From Diadema antillarum (Eukaryota): a stretch of DNA of 64,000 bases. Below, piece after piece: positions 63,701 through 64,000 of the stretch. The stretch is from NCBI RefSeq assembly GCF_040938485.1, contig NW_027271380.1:1860001-1924000 (forward strand), in the 5' to 3' direction. Both the position numbers and the translations under genes were made by a program. The notes under the pieces were generated by a model. That model did no database searches. It was given only the letters and a program-made list of their open reading frames with translations, and was not told where the DNA came from. Every line of letters starts with the position of its first letter. The stretch's first letter is position 1.

Positions 63701-64000
63701 ATCGGGATTAAAATTTGGATAATGTTCCCCTGACGGTTGAAATACTCGCAGGAGACGACAACAGTGAAGTGGTTCCACAGATGAGAATGGAGCACGAGCA
63801 GCAAACGACTGTATGAGACGTTGTGGCAGCACCGTTTGAGAGAGATATATATGATATATTTCATATCTCATCCCTCCTTCCATGTCGTTTGTGTGTCTGG
63901 AGAACCTCTCTCTCCTCACCCGCAGCTGATACTTGGGGGAGGCGAACGTGTTTTTTCGCATCGCGGGTAATACAGCATCCTCCATTCAGGGACACGTCAG

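Noticed and set aside
63119-63985. 140-146 aa ORFs at the window end as a complete gene
   Set aside because: No homology recognised; composition looks like CpG-rich UTR or promoter sequence.

Overview
AT-rich, intron-rich animal genomic DNA, most likely a sea urchin or other echinoderm (inferred from protein sequences and repeat types). Three spliced genes were rebuilt by hand from GT-AG boundaries. (1) NDUFV2, minus strand, 6 exons, 3' end outside the window. (2) An ANKRD60-like ubiquitin-like plus ankyrin gene, plus strand, 5 coding exons, 447 aa, head-to-head with NDUFV2 across an NRF1/P3A2-type site. (3) par-6, minus strand, 3 coding exons, about 379 aa, with a 23.4-kb first intron. Introns hold many non-autonomous DNA transposons: Helentron-derived HINEs, Kolobok-, piggyBac-, Harbinger- and Tc1/pogo-type MITEs, plus a CR1 fragment and a tRNA-derived SINE head. 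Two unusual MITE groups stand out. One pair in NDUFV2 intron 1 has CAG termini, 4-bp AWCT target duplications and palindromic CTYATRAG arrays; one member is an almost perfect 752-bp palindrome. A second group in par-6 intron 1 has 6-bp target duplications and an identical end architecture built from a different hexamer in each lineage. A candidate antisense promoter lies in par-6 intron 1. No autonomous transposase, CRISPR array or intact RNA gene was seen. There is a 136-N gap at 38761-38896. All alignments were done by eye and no database was searched.
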